DNA of 62,953 nucleotides, the filler included, from Chiloscyllium plagiosum (taxonomy: Eukaryota): NCBI RefSeq assembly GCF_004010195.1. It is 4 parts of one record of this genome, joined end to end, with 100 filler letters (N's around TTAATTAATTAA, not from the genome) between each part and the next. Parts side by side here need not be neighbours in the genome. Positions count along the whole stretch, not along the records: positions 10,297 to 42,022 come from NC_057715.1; 3 more parts are not named here. The stretch is one strand, 5' to 3'. Under the pieces are notes generated by a model, which ran no database searches, had not been told where the DNA came from, and saw only the letters and a list, made by a program, of their open reading frames with translations. The position numbers and the translations under genes are program-made. Of this stretch, positions 25,172 to 38,689 are shown piece by piece (within the stretch, counting starts at the first letter, position 1; each line of letters starts with the position of its first letter).

Positions 25172-27076
25172 CATTTGGTATGCTTTCCTTTATTAGTCAG
25201 AGCATTGAGTACAGGAGTTGGGAGCTCATGCTACGGCTACGCAGGACATTGGTTAGGCACTTTTGGAATGTGCATGCAATTCTAGTTTCCTTCCTATTAG
25301 AAAGATGTTGTGAAACTTGAAAGGGTTCAGAAAGGATTTATAAGGATATTGCCAGGGTTAGAAGATTTGAACTTACAGGACAGTCTGAATAGACTGGGGC
25401 TGTTTTCCCTGGAGCGTCGGAGGCTGAAGGGTGACCTTAGAGGTTTATAAAATCATGAAGGGCATAGATCTTTTCCCTGGGATGGGGAGTCCAGAACTGG
25501 AGGGCATAGGTTGAGGGTGAGAGGGGAAAGATGTAAAAGGAACTTAAAGGGTAACTTTTTCATGCAGAGGCTGGTGCGTGTATGGAATGAGCTGCCAGAG
25601 GAAGTGGTGAAGGCTGGTACAATTGCAGCATTTAAAAGCGATCTGGTGGGTATATGATTAGGAAGGGTTGAGAGGGATATGGGCCAAATATTGGCAAATG
25701 GGACTAGATTAGGTTAGGATATCTGGTCGGCATGGACAAGTTGGACTGAAGGGTCTGTTTCCGCGCTGTATGTCTCTTTGACTCTGTGACCCTAAGTTTT
25801 AAAGCATATGATTTCTCCTTGATTTTAAGAGTAGATTCATTCATGGTATTGAAAAACCAATAGGCTGGTTTCTGATCTCACTTGGTGAAAATTGAAGAGT
25901 GGATAATTCATTCATCTACACATCAGTAGCGACGGCAATGAAAATTTGCATGATAAATAAATTGCATCAAGGACTTTGAAGTCTAAAAAGATCTGACCAG
26001 GATTCATATTGTATTAGGATGTCTTCCACAGAGATGTAAGAGCAGCTGGTTTTCCTCTTCCATTTGGAATCATTTTCTCCAAAAAAAGGTCAACTTCTGA
26101 TGCTCATAAACAACCAAAAAGAAAACAATTTACTGAAACATGGTTCAAAAAGACAAATATAATTGCTATTCTGGAACAGTATGATTTCCCTCAATAATTT
26201 GTATTCATTGTTTGGGGCTTTTCCTACAATTTTCAAACCAATTTTTGCTCAGTTTTCTTGATTTCACAATATATTGGGCCAGAATTTGTTCTCAAAACAA
26301 CAGTGTCTTATACCGTTATTTGTATGTTCTATGGTACAGAATACAGCAACAAATGAAAGGGAGCAGAAGCTCATTTAAAGCAAAGTTATTGCCTCACTTG
26401 CACAATCCTCCTGTGAGCATTGCAAAAATGGCATCACATGTTCTTTCTCAACATTGGCGTGTCCCAAGTGCCATTCAGGTGCTGTACTTGCATGGTTCAT
26501 ACAGAAGCTAGTAATTCGTATTGTGAGACCTTTGCAGCAAAATGAACCTAGAATAAGGAAAGACATTCTGTATGCACTTTTCAATCTAGTTTGCATTAGT
26601 GACTAGTGCTAAATGGTTGTTAGATAGAGAAAGGTGAGAATTGAAACAGCAATGTGACAATGCCTGTGACTAAAGGGCAATGTTTTCATTTCCCAATTTA
26701 TCTTGTTAATGTATCCAAAGGAAGACCCAAATTGTTTATAATATGAAGACTGAGTGCAGTATTTACTATAAGTAATAGTGATATGGCTTTGGGAATAATA
26801 TTTATTCAATACAAGACGCTACAACTACTTTTCATTTTTTTATTATTTTCAAGAAAATAAGCCAGGAAATAAACAATTAACCATGAAGAACTGGATATGT
26901 AGGGCCTTGGCACAAATAAGAATAATGCTTGTATCATGCTGGCACATTGAGGACTGTATTTTTAAATTTTATATTAGCAGAATTTGATTGTGATTATCTA
27001 TTGCTCAGTTACTTGTGCCAGTCTTGATTGGGTAAGATATGTTGATCTTATGTTGCTTGTGATGCAACATGAGTTA

Positions 27077-27375
27077 GACTGGGACAACACTACTATTATA
27101 GGACAAGCCAGAGAATAGCCATGGAATTCCTAGAGGCATGGCACTCATCCACAGATTCAATCAACAAACACATCGACCTGGACCTAATATACCGGCCACT
27201 ACAGCGGACAGCTGGAACTGACAACCGGAAGCGGCAGAGACAAACCACTATAAATGCCGGAGGAAACAACACAGAAGCGCTTCACAGAAGGCTCCCAAGC
27301 ACTGAGGATGTCACCTAAACAAGGGACGAAACGTCTGCAACACAAATTCCCAGCTCGGTGAACAGAACCACAACA
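27077..27375 (+). mobile_element. Second PLE family: GIY-YIG C-terminus plus terminus
   Basis: DWDNTTIIGQA...EFLEAWHSSTDSINKHIDLDLIYRPL, typical of a PLE endonuclease end. Confidence 0.8.
27299..27338 (+). ncRNA. Minimal hammerhead ribozyme motif (family 2)
   Basis: GCA-CTGAGGA(27302-27308)-T-GTC ACCTAAACAAGG GAC-GAAA-C-GTC-TGC; predicted cleavage after 27335. Confidence 0.75.
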
Positions 27376-28727
27376 TTTTTCTGCTCTTCTTACAATTCAG
27401 GCCACACATGTAGATACAGTGCTTATTAACAATTAGTACATGATAATAAGGCTATTGAGCAGCATGCTCTGAGCTGTACCATTTCCAAGCTCCTAGCAGT
27501 ATATGATCACATGACAACTTACTTCAGAGACTCATCTGGAAATTCACAAAACCCCATCTCTATAATTGATCTGATATATGTCTAATTAGCAGTAGCTAGT
27601 CTTTACCTTTAAAAGGTGCAATGCCACCTTTGCAAAACAATACTTTGTACATTTCATGGCACAATAAACTGTGAAGCTACTTCTGACCTGTAAGTAATCA
27701 TGGGGTACTGGTGTAAATGCTGCTCTGTTAGCGTGTCTCTGCATCTAACTCTTGCAGATATCCTACTCTGGGGAGAAAAAAAAACTTCATTAAAGATGCG
27801 AAACACATATACTGTGAGCAAAGCCTATTTGCTATATTATATGATTCAAACATATCACACCTCAAAGTGTCAGATATCAGTATCTCCTAATTATGCAAAA
27901 CATTCAACTGCAATTCATAAATGTCAGTATTTAACACACATTTGTGAGTTGTCGTTGAATGTTTTGCATGATTAGGAGATTAATCAAGATACCAAACAAA
28001 TAACCAGTTAGTTAAATATGAAACATTCTAAAGCAGTTGAGAATGTTTCAACGGTATGACTTATATTTGTGGAAAATATCGACTCCAAACTGATGATTGG
28101 CAAGAAGAGAGAAATTGAATTGCTGTAGATATGTTAAGAGTTTGGATTGAAGCATTCTGACAACTTCTTCCCATAGGAAAACAAAATTGTCAGTACAATA
28201 GTGTGAAATATACTCAAATTAAATAATAAATCTGCATAAAATTTTTATTATAACTGATAGATGGATAGATGCATCTATCGTAAGTTCTTCAAAGTATCTT
28301 CTTGAATTTGTCTGCTCATGGGACAGTAATCCCAAGACTGCATTTGATGTACTTTATGGAGCCTTAACAATTACATTCATTATTCTCAAGTGTTCTCATT
28401 TCCATACAATTCATGTTAATTCCCATTGCATTTCAACTCCATTCAATTCCTTACTTTGTTGTCATCATCCAATCCATCATATAATCTCTTCACCATGGTT
28501 CAAAGAGCTCACATGCTACATACAGTGAGCAAATCAATCAATTCCAAATTTCAGCCGACAAAAACTTGGCAATACCTGTTTTACTTAATGATTTGAAATC
28601 ATGCATATTTACACTGGCCCAGCCCCAGTTCCATAGAATCTAACACTGGAGACAGTTCAGGGAATACCTGGACTGCTTCTTGCAATGAAGGAGCTGCCTT
28701 ATGTAGAAAGGTTGTGATTGAGTTAGG

Positions 28728-28854
28728 GGAGAAAGTGAGGTCTGCAGACGCTGGAGATCAAAGCTGAAACTTTATTGCTGGAACAGCACAGCAGGTCAGG
28801 CAGCATCTAGGGAACAGAAGATTCGACGTTTCGGGCACATGCCCTTCTTCAGGA
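28728..28854 (-). mobile_element. Short PLE-terminus insertion with intact hammerhead core
   Basis: Minus strand CTGAAGAAGGGCATGTGCCCGAAACGTCGAATC; TTGTGATTGAGTTAG duplicated at 28712-28726 and 28883-28897. Confidence 0.88.
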
Positions 28855-29915
28855 GTACAGTTTATGAGTCCACAGAGAATGATTGTGATTGAGTTAGCCC
28901 TATCTTCACTTCATTTTAGAAGAATGAGAGAAGCCTTTCTTGAAATAGGTAAGTTTCTGAGGAGTAAGAGTTTGACTACAGAACTAGACAGAGTGCAGCA
29001 CAGGAATGCAGCATGACTCGGGGTTTGACATCATGAACAAGGAATTATCCCAGACCAGTGAAGTTAGATTAGGGATAACAGAGCTGAAGGCACTGCACTT
29101 GTTAAATTATACACTACCCAACATAAAACTTCTGCCTTGAAGATTTTTATATAAATAGTTGAGCACTGTCGCCCCATTTATATAAGGAATAGAGGTCAAT
29201 AAATCCAACAGCATTGCACTCATTTGTCTGGTCTCAAAATTGGCCAACAGTGACAGATTTTAGCACAGGTCATGTTTTTCCTTTAAAACATGGTGATATC
29301 AGAAATGGATTAAGTGTCAATTTTGGTGACTTCTAGGCAACTGAGAAAATGGAGTTGGAACAGCTCACAAGCAGTATTTGCTATATCCAACTATGTAAGA
29401 TTGGAGCTCAGTGAGGAATTAAGCAGCAGGACTGCCTTGATGAGACTAGCTATCAGTGAAGAGTTCGAGATATACTTGCAAGTGAGTACTGGAGTACAGT
29501 TTATGAGTCCACAGAGAATGAGCCCAGGACAGGAGGGTGATTAAACAGAATGAGCATTCATTAAGACAGTCGTAATGGAGAGGTTCTTGAGAGACAGCGT
29601 TTCAAGGCCAAATGAGTAAAAATGAAGAATTGTTATCCCTTGTGAAGTTTAATGGGATTTAATGACTCACCATGTCATGAATATTTGGGGTGAGTTGCTG
29701 AGAAATCTATGGGACCTCACTTTATTTGGTTGGCTTTTTGATGTGCACAGTGGGGTGTCCAGTCACAGTCTACTACATCTATTCGATGCATTAATTCCAA
29801 GTCTTAGAAATAATTTGTACATGCACTTAAGTTGCATTAATGTTGTCACTTTGTAAAACCTGTTGCTATTTGTTCAACACTGTGGAATCTTTCAACCTTA
29901 TTATCTTACTAAGAT

Positions 29916-30590
29916 GGAGAAAGTGAGGCTTGTGGACCAGGCGAGCTGAGAGATAAATGGGAGGGGGCTGGAGCTGGGGAAAAGGTAGCTGGAAATGCAA
30001 TAGGTAGATGAAGCTGGGGGTGAAATTGAGAGGTCGGAGAAGAAGGTGAAGCAGATAGGTGGGAAGGAAGATTGGCAGGTAGGACAGGTCAAGAGGGTGA
30101 TGTCGAGTTGGAAGGTTGGATTTGGAATAAGGTGAGGGTAGGGGAAATGAGGAAACTGGTGAAATCCACATTGATTCTATTTGGTTGAAGGGTCCCAAGC
30201 AGAAGATAACACCTCATCTTCCACCTTGGGACCCTCTAACCAGATGGAATCAGGTGGATTTCACTAGTTTCCTCATTTCCCTCCCCCCACCTTATCCCAG
30301 ATCCAACCTTCCAACTCGGCACTACCTTTTTGATCTGTCCTACCTAGCAATCTTCCTTCCCACCTGTCTGCTTCACCCTCCTCTCTGATCTACGCTTTCA
30401 CCCCCAGCTTCATCTACCTATTTCATTTCCAGCTACCTTTTCCCCAGCTCCAGCCCCCTCCCATTTATCTCTCAGCTCCCCTGGCCCACAAGCCTCATTC
30501 TTGATATTGGCTCATGCCTGAAATGTCAACTCTCCTGCTCCTTGGATACTGCCTGACTAGCTGTGCTTTTCCCGCAACACACTCTCGACT
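29916..30590. mobile_element. PLE 3' fragment with long inverted duplication
   Basis: Imperfect arms 29924-30207 and 30216-30497; the plus arm begins with a HLIF.LGTL.PDGI-like GIY-YIG end; decayed terminus at 30498-30590. Confidence 0.8.
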
Positions 30591-31042
30591 TGGGTTTGAG
30601 ATATAGGGAAAGACTGGATAGGCTGGGACCATTTTCACTGGAGCATAGGAGGTTGAGGATGTGACCTTATTGAGATTTATAAAGTCATGAGGGGTAGAGA
30701 TAAGGTTAATAGCAAAGATCTTTTCCCTAGGGTGAGTGGAGAGTTCAAAACTTGGAGGTATATCTTTAAGGTGAGCAGAGAAAAATTTAAAAGGGACCAG
30801 ATGAGCAATTTTTTCAGACAGAGTGCAGTTCATCTGTGGAATGAATTGCCAGAGGAAGTAATGGATGCAAGTACAGAACCTACATTTAAAAGACATTGCA
30901 CAGGTACATGAATAGGAAAGGTTTAGAGGGATTTGGGCCAAATGCAGGAAAGTGGAATTAATTTAGATTGGGAAATTTGGTCAGCGTGGACAACTTGGAC
31001 TGAAGTGTCTGTTCCTATGCTGTATGACTATGACTCCATGAC
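30591..31042 (+). mobile_element. CR1 LINE 3' fragment
   Basis: MRGRDKVNSKDLFPRV...HLWNELPEEV and a (TATGAC)n-like tail. Confidence 0.85.
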
Positions 31043-31112
31043 TGCCTGCTATTACTCAGTCTTTATCTCCAGAACAATTATGGAAACCCTCAGTATGTAT
31101 GATTGCAAAAGA

Positions 31113-31325
31113 TCTTTTTTTGATTCACTCATGGGGCGTGGACATCAGTGGCTGGACCAGCATTCATTGCCCTTGCCCAGCTGCTCCTCAGAAGTGTGGG
31201 GAGCTGCCTTCTTGAAATGCTGCAGTTCATTTGGTGGAGGTAAACTCACAATGCTGTTATGCAGGTCGTTCCAGGGTTTTGGCTCAAGAAACACAGAAGG
31301 AATAATGATATATTCCCAAATCTGA
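31113..31325 (-). mobile_element. 3' end of the second LINE family (as at 52993-56179)
   Basis: Reverse complement resembles 55975-56170 (TTCAAGAAGGCAGCTC...). Confidence 0.75.
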
Positions 31326-31559
31326 TCTTTATTCACATTCACCATAACATCAAAGAGAAAAATGTAATGAGGTCTGAAGTGATAGATAAGATGACCAATT
31401 CAGATAATCATTAGGTACCCAAATGATACAGCACAGTAACAGAACTTATGGGGATGTTTTCCTCCATTTGAATTGACAAAGTTAGAAACAAAGCTGGAAA
31501 ATCTCCTTGGATGGTTGCTTCCAGGTAGTAATAAACATATTATTTGTGATTTAACAGGG

Positions 31560-31580
31560 AATAATAATAATAATAATAAT
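31560..31580. repeat. (AAT)7 microsatellite
   Basis: Direct reading. Confidence 0.9.
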
Positions 31581-34500
31581 AGGAAATCTTGTTATGTATG
31601 CAACAACATCACTACAATGCAATGATGGCACAACTTTCCCATTATGTACATCTGTACATCATGGAGAGTACCTTTGGAAACATATGAATTCTGTCTCTCA
31701 TTGCAGACTAGAGAAATTATAGAATCAATTCTGTCCAGTTTAAAAATGAGCTGTCAGAAAATAGTGGTAAAGCAGTCCAATGTTTAAAGCCTATGGGGGC
31801 TGTAGTACATTAAAGTATTTACACTCCCAAAGACCTCCATGTGAAAGCTTACTTTAGATGAACCAGCTGTATTAAACTTAAACAGGCAAGGTCAATGTCA
31901 AATGTTGACACAGAACTTTAACGATGTCAAGAGACATCAGTGCATTAAGTGGTTGCGTGGGATCATCATAATTATTGCTCACTGCTACTCAATCACTCTG
32001 CTGTGTTTACCTTTTCGATGATTTTACAACATAAACATCAGTTACCCTCAGTCCACATCTGTCTAATCTACAAGTTTGTAGAGGACAGCTAAAGTATTAC
32101 ACCTATTTAGAGACTTGTTTTTGAGAAAGAAAGACTTAAGCACTTCCATTAACCTTTTTCCCACCTCCATTTCTCACATTTAATTCCTAACACTTAAGCT
32201 TCTAAGTGTCTGATAGCCATCATTAATTATAATTCTGCAGTTTATTTGGAGAACCAAAATTTAACTTAGAACCTTAAGAATATTTTTGTGGTTATGTCAT
32301 GCACTGAAATATTGGTGGAGTGGAGACAAAATCACAGTGTGCTTAGTTTACAGTTGTTAAACCAATACCTAATGGTGCAATCTGGTGGGTAGTATACCAA
32401 TGGTCAGTGTTCACCAAAAGAATGCCATTTACCTTATTGGTACAAGTTATGATATAGACATCAGGCTTGAAATGGATTTTCCAGATAACCATGTTTGTTC
32501 TCAAATGACAATCTGAGGCTATTTTGTAAAATTTGAGTGTGCAGGACCATAGATGCTTGGCAATTGTACAAGCATTTTGAAGGAAATATCAGGGACTGTC
32601 ACCAGAAAGAGATGCTTGAATACGTTTTTACTTATTTCATTGGGGAGCTCTTGTTTTTCAGTTAATCAATGATCTACCTTCCCATCCACACCTCTCTGTA
32701 TTCGCCCCACACAGCCTTTCACTATAATCTGACTTACATGTGGGATGGGACAATTATGCTGTTTCCTACTTCCATCTCCATCCATGTTTATCGGTGAGCT
32801 GCCATTGAATTCCCATTATCAGTGGCTACAACTTGTTGGCAACTGAAACTATCTAACTAGATAGTTTCAGTTGGTATGTGCATTCTCTGGGTCCACCAAC
32901 ACAAAATTAATGTCAGCATCATAACTACAGATACTGTTGAACTGAACTGTTCCTGAACATTGTCCTGAACACCTTGATCTATTGTGCAAAATATGAAATC
33001 AAGTGTTTCAGGTGATCTGCTACATTAAGCTGGATATTCTTATTGCTACATTGCCTCCCCATTGACAGAACTGAAATAGAGGAACACAATGTATTCCCAG
33101 TGTCACCATGTTACACAAAGATCAGATCACAAAGTGTGCCATTATGTTATGTTCTTCTCAATTCATGTGAAAAAATATTGCATTGTTTTTTGTGAAGACA
33201 TTGCTCTTCCAACATTTCTTTTCTTATTTTCTTCAGTTCTCCTGCTTTCTTGCAAAATGTTCTTCAGTCATCTTTCTTTCTTATAAGAAAGTATGGAACT
33301 CTATCAGGCGTTCTGACTTATTTCATCCTGAAACAGCTGCATGTTAATCCCTGCCTATTTTAACATAATCAGATGGCAGGACAAAAGTCACAGTAATAAA
33401 AGACACATCTATCAGTAGTATTCAATGAAGCAATTAATTAAAGTGGTTAGAGTAGACCTCCCAAGCAGACCAATTTACAGATGTTCCATGTTTTATGTTA
33501 GTAGACTGCAAAAGAGCTGAGAAACAGATTGCACAGTTATTTGATGAAGGAAGGAGCCAACTAAATCAGGAGATCCATCGAGTAATTGATTGGATGTTCA
33601 CTGCCATATTTTCTTCATTTATTGATTGAAGCTTTTAAAAAGAAAAGTCCAAATTTGCAACAAAATAACCAACCCAAGAAGCATAGCAAATATGAGATTA
33701 ACACCAGTTCTGGTGACCACTGGATTGTGGTCAGAAAATCCTATCATAGTCTTAATATTTCCGTCTGTTGTTCTGAGGGATGACAGTCCCAGAATCACCT
33801 CGGCAGTAAGGCTAAAATTAACTTTCTTGGCACATTTGGCATTCAGCTACATTCTTCTTTTGCAAGAAAGAACCATCATTGAGTTGGCAATACCAAATTG
33901 ATACCATTCTTTCCATTTTTGCAATTGTGATTCTGTATATTTTTCATTATTATTTATGGGTTTCCAGATTTTTTTTCAGATTTTTCCATAAAGATGAGTA
34001 TCAATTGTTGCTTTATGGTCAATTGTGGCTTGCTAAGTTTAATATCTTAATATTAATCAAGTACTTCAAGCAAAAGGTTTATTTAAATTTGTTGTGTGCT
34101 TGGTTAATATAACTACTGAATTTTTGATAGTTCGAGCAGCAGCTAATTTATGGAAGGATTATATACAGTTTTACCAAATATGATAATCTCTTTTGAAGCT
34201 ATGCTGATTCTTGCTCTAAACCTCTATTTCTCTCAAATGTTTTCTATCATCACTACAGCTGGATGTGTTTATCACACTGTCCCAGATGTTAACCCTTTCA
34301 GATCCTATTGCTATAATTATGACTTTGTTGGTATTCAATTTAGGCAGAATCCAAATGCCATGTTTGGTCATTTTAGTGCTAATTCAATTTTAAATCATAG
34401 GTGACTGGACTTCCCAGACCTCAGGAGACTCAACAGCTTAATGCACAAAAGAGGTAACATGCTTTCTTCAAAGCTAATATGCTACAGTGTATATTTTGTA

Positions 34501-34954
34501 TCTTGAACTCTCTGTTCTCCACCCTGCTGTCAGATTAGCCCCAACACAACCACCTCTTCCGATCAACATCTCTTCCTCTCCAAAACTGAATCCTCTCCAA
34601 CGACTATCAGAAACCATCACCATGATACACAGTCTCTTTTCCCATGACCTGGAACCACATATTCAATCTGAATCCTCACTATGATCTCAACCATTCCCTG
34701 CATCTATGGGCATGATGATCCATGCAGTGGACCCTCCGGGTGCTTCAATTACTTATAAATATATCCTTGCACAGGTACGATTGTTTGTTTGTTTGTTTGT
34801 TGAGTAAGGTTGAACTCCAATGTTTGTTTGTTTTCTTCATATGCTACTGTGCAGAACCGAACTACTTTAGTGGCTTTGTGTGTATATTTTTTAATGAGTA
34901 AAGTGTATTTTTGAAATTTTATAAACAGATCCAGACATACAGACAAACATATAA

Positions 34955-35400
34955 ATTAAAAACAGAAGTAGGCTTTTCAAGCCTCCTTACCATTCTGTAA
35001 GATCATGACTGATCTGTTTGTATTCTGAATTCCACATTCCCATCTAATGTTGATAATCTTTGACCCTCTTGTCTAACAAGAATCTATCTAACTCTGCTTC
35101 AACATTTTTTAATTCCTCAATGAGGCAGAGAATTCCACAAATTTGCTCAACCCTCTAAGGGAAAAAAATTCCCCCTCAACTTTGTCCTATAACGGAATTC
35201 CATATTTTAAACAGTGTCCTCTAATTATGCACTCATCCACGGAGTGGAAGCAACCTTTCCATGTCAACGCTATTCAGAATCTTTTAAACATCAAATAAAC
35301 CATCATTCACTCTTATAAACTCCACTGAAATCTTGTCCAGCCTATCTAATTTTTCTTCATGAGTTAACATTTTCATTTGAAGTATCAATCTCATAAATCA
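34955..35400 (-). mobile_element. Old CR1 3' fragment
   Basis: AACAGAAGTAGGC...AAGATCATGACTGATCTG...CAAGAATCTATCTA pattern shared with other CR1 3' ends. Confidence 0.65.
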
Positions 35401-35539
35401 CAATGCTTTCTGTTGATTTGTATCCTGAGAGATGCAGTCCTCAATACATCTGCAGAGTGCCATCTTCTTAACCACTGCAGATGACAGGAAGCATCAGCAA
35501 GGCTGCCTTCTCAATGTCCCACCAGCTTCCTTGCCAATA

Positions 35540-35880
35540 TCTCTACCATAGGCCTGCTACATTGCTTCAGAAAAGCTCAACAAAAGCTGTTGTAACAACA
35601 CCCCATATTCCACCGAGGTGCCTTATAATCTTCAGGCTGCAACATTGAATTTAACAATTTTAGTGCATGAACACCTTGTTCCATGTTCATTACTCACACC
35701 CACATCCCCAGGTCCTATCCTGTGTGGATTGCTGTCAGTTCAGTCAACTCATTTTCATTTGCTCATTGTCCCTGTTATCACCTGTTTAGCTTTGTTTTGT
35801 CCATGGCTTACAATCCCTTTGTCTTCTTCCTTTCTTTTCTCTCTCTTGGACCATTATCTCCATCAATCCATCTGATGGCA
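35540..35880 (+). mobile_element. Highly decayed PLE GIY-YIG end
   Basis: QKLL*QHPIFHRGAL*SSGCNIEFNNF resembles the PLE motif LEEQHLIFRLGTLQPxGLNIEF. Confidence 0.55.
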
Positions 35881-35889
35881 TCTAACTAG

Positions 35890-36660
35890 TGAAGTTCTGC
35901 AGCTGTCAGTGCTTAGACCACAACAATTCATGTTACACATTAATAATCTGGACAATGGATCTGATGGCATTGTTTCTAATTTTGCAGATGACACAAAGAT
36001 ATTTCAAGGGGCAGGTAACTTTGAGGAAGTGAGGAGGCTGCAGAAAGAGTTGGTCAGGCTAGGAGAATGAGCAAAGAAGTTGAAGGTGCAATACAATGTG
36101 AGAAATTGTGAAGTTTGGAACGAGGAAGTATATAAGCTATTTTCTAATTGGGAAAGGCTTCAGAAATCTGAAGGACAAAGGGAGTTCAGGATTCGCTTAA
36201 GGCAAGAAGGCAAGTACAATATTAGCATTCATTTTGAGAGGGCTAGAATACAAGCACAGAGATGTATTGCTGAGGCTGTAAAAAGCTCTGATCAGACCGC
36301 ATTTGGAATATTTTGAGCGGTTTTTGGGACCTGTACCTAAGGATTGATGTATTGACATTGGAGGGAATGTCACAAGGAATTAAGGGCTATGGGGAGAATG
36401 TGGGTAAGTGGAGTTGAAATGCCCATCAGCCATGATTGAATGGTGGAGTGGACTTGATGGGCTGAATGGCCTTACTTCCACTTCTATGTCTTATGGTCTT
36501 ATGGAATACAGAGGAGGATTACAAGAATGATGCCGGGTGTGAAGTGCATGTCATTTGAGGAGCAGTTGAGAACTCTGGGTCTATACACAATGGAGTTTAG
36601 AAATATGAGGGGGTATCTAATTGAAAATTTAAAAATACTGAAAGGCATGGATCGAACAAT
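35890..36660 (+). mobile_element. Old CR1 fragment with a young CR1 3' end inserted (~36369-36502)
   Basis: FADDTKI motif near 35980; the insert matches the 3' UTR of the 9355 element and ends TCTTATGGTCTTAT. Confidence 0.8.
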
Positions 36661-36679
36661 AGTCTGCTCAGTGAGGCCT

Positions 36680-37905
36680 AGTTTAGGCCCTGCCAGGGCC
36701 ACTTTGCTCCTGACATCATTACAGCCTTGGTACAAACTTGGACAAAAGAGCTGAATTCCAGGTGAAGTTGGAGTAACTACTCTTGACATCAAAGTCATAT
36801 TCGACAAAGTGTGATATCAAGAAACCCTAGCAAATAGAATCAATAGTTATCAAGGGGGAAGTCTCCTCTGGCTGGAGTCATAGCTGGCACATAGAGAGAT
36901 GGTCATGGTTGTTAAAGGTTAGTCATCTCACCTCTGGGATATCTCTGCAGGCCAAACCATCTTCAGCTGCTTCGTCAATGACCTTCCCTCCATCATGAGA
37001 TTAGAAGTGGGGATATTTGCCAATGATTGCACAATGTTTAGCATTGTTCACAACTCTTCAGATATTGAAGCAGACCATGTTCAAATGTAACAAGATCTGG
37101 ACAGCATCCAGGTTTGGGCTGACAAGTGGCAAGTGACATTTGTGCCATACAAATGCCAGGCTATGACCATCACCAAAAGAAACAATCTAACCACCACTCC
37201 TTGACAGTCAATGGTATTACCATTACTGAATCTCCCACTATCAATATATTTGGGTTTAAAAACTGACTATAAACTCAACTGGACTCGCCATATAAACACA
37301 GGGACTACAAGAGCAGGAACATGCGAAGAATACTGAAGCGAGTAACTCACTTCCTAGCTCCCTAAGGTCTGGCTATCAACTACAAGACTCAAGTCAGGAG
37401 TATGATAGAATACTTCCTAATTGCCTAGATGGGTGCAGCTCCAACAACACTCAAGAAGCTTGACACCATCTAAGACAAAGCAGCCCACTTGATTGCCATC
37501 ACATCCACAAATATTCACCCCCCTCTATCGACTTCAGTCATAGCAGTGTGTACTAATCTACAAGATGCGCTGCAGCAATTGACCAAAGATCTTTAGACAG
37601 CACTTTCCAAACCTACAACCACTTTCATCTAGAAGGAAAAATGCATTACGCATGGGAACACTACCACCTGCAGATTCCCCTCCAAGCCGCTCAGCATCTT
37701 GACTCAGAAATATATCGCCATTCCTTCACTGATGCTGGCTCAAAATCCTGAAATTGCCACCATAATAGCATGGTGGGTCAACCCACAGCATGCTGACTGC
37801 AGCTATTGAAGAAGGCAGCTCACCTCCTTCTCAAAGGCAACTGGTGACGGGCAATAGATGCTGAGTGGCCAGTGATGCTCACATCCCATGAATGAATGAA
37901 AAAAG
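36680..37905 (+). mobile_element. Second LINE family, RT to 3' end
   Basis: TTLDIKVIFDKV and FANDCT motifs; colinear with 54970-56170; ends ATGAATGAATGAAAAA. Confidence 0.85.
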
Positions 37906-38689
37906 AAAGTCTTGTCATTTCCAGTATCGAGTCAGTACCAAATTTTGGATCTCGCAGTCTGTTCTCTTGTCATATCCAGAACATGCTACACTAAGAAATT
38001 AACTTCAGTGCTTTCTAAGAACTCCTCATGAAGGTTACTATTACAAATTTGATTTTTCTAGGAAAATAAAGAAATTAAAATCACTTTATCGTAAGCAACA
38101 TTCCCTTGTAAACATCTTCCTAATTCATAGTCTATGTCTGGGAACCTGTAAGTAATTTTCACTTCTTTCCTCAATTATTTTCATTGCCACCCAACCACTT
38201 CTACATCTTGATCCTCTGAACTAGCTATTGCACTCATACCACCTTTGATTAAAAGTGTCTTTACTTCACTTCCTATTGCTCTTGAATGTCATAATCAGAA
38301 CTCAATCCTTGTCATCCTGCAGCCACATCTCTCGAATGACCAGCTGATTTTAGTTATTCACTTCAATGTGTATTGTCAATTAATTTACTTTATTATGAAT
38401 GCTGCACATATTCAAATACCAAAACTTCAGTTTAGTTTTGTTTTCTTAGTAGTGTCTAGTCTTGACTGTAATTATCCCACCTTGACTGTGTCCCTTGATT
38501 TATTGCTTCTACCCAAGTTTGATCCTTTATTACTTTGTTTAATTTAAAAGCCTGTGGACACTAAGTTCATATGAAAGAAAAATACTTCAGTTGACAAATG
38601 GATGTTGGTAACAGTTTTTTTGTGCTGTCCCTGCCTCCTGTTGTCATCAGCACAAGTATCACTGGTTCAAGTTAGCCTCCGCTTATAAA

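Larger units (their letters stand above)
23920..25790 (+). mobile_element. CR1 LINE (RT to 3' end) with three secondary insertions
   Basis: [18 protein letters not shown]...SKFADDIKIGG; 3' tail at ~25770-25790. Confidence 0.9.
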
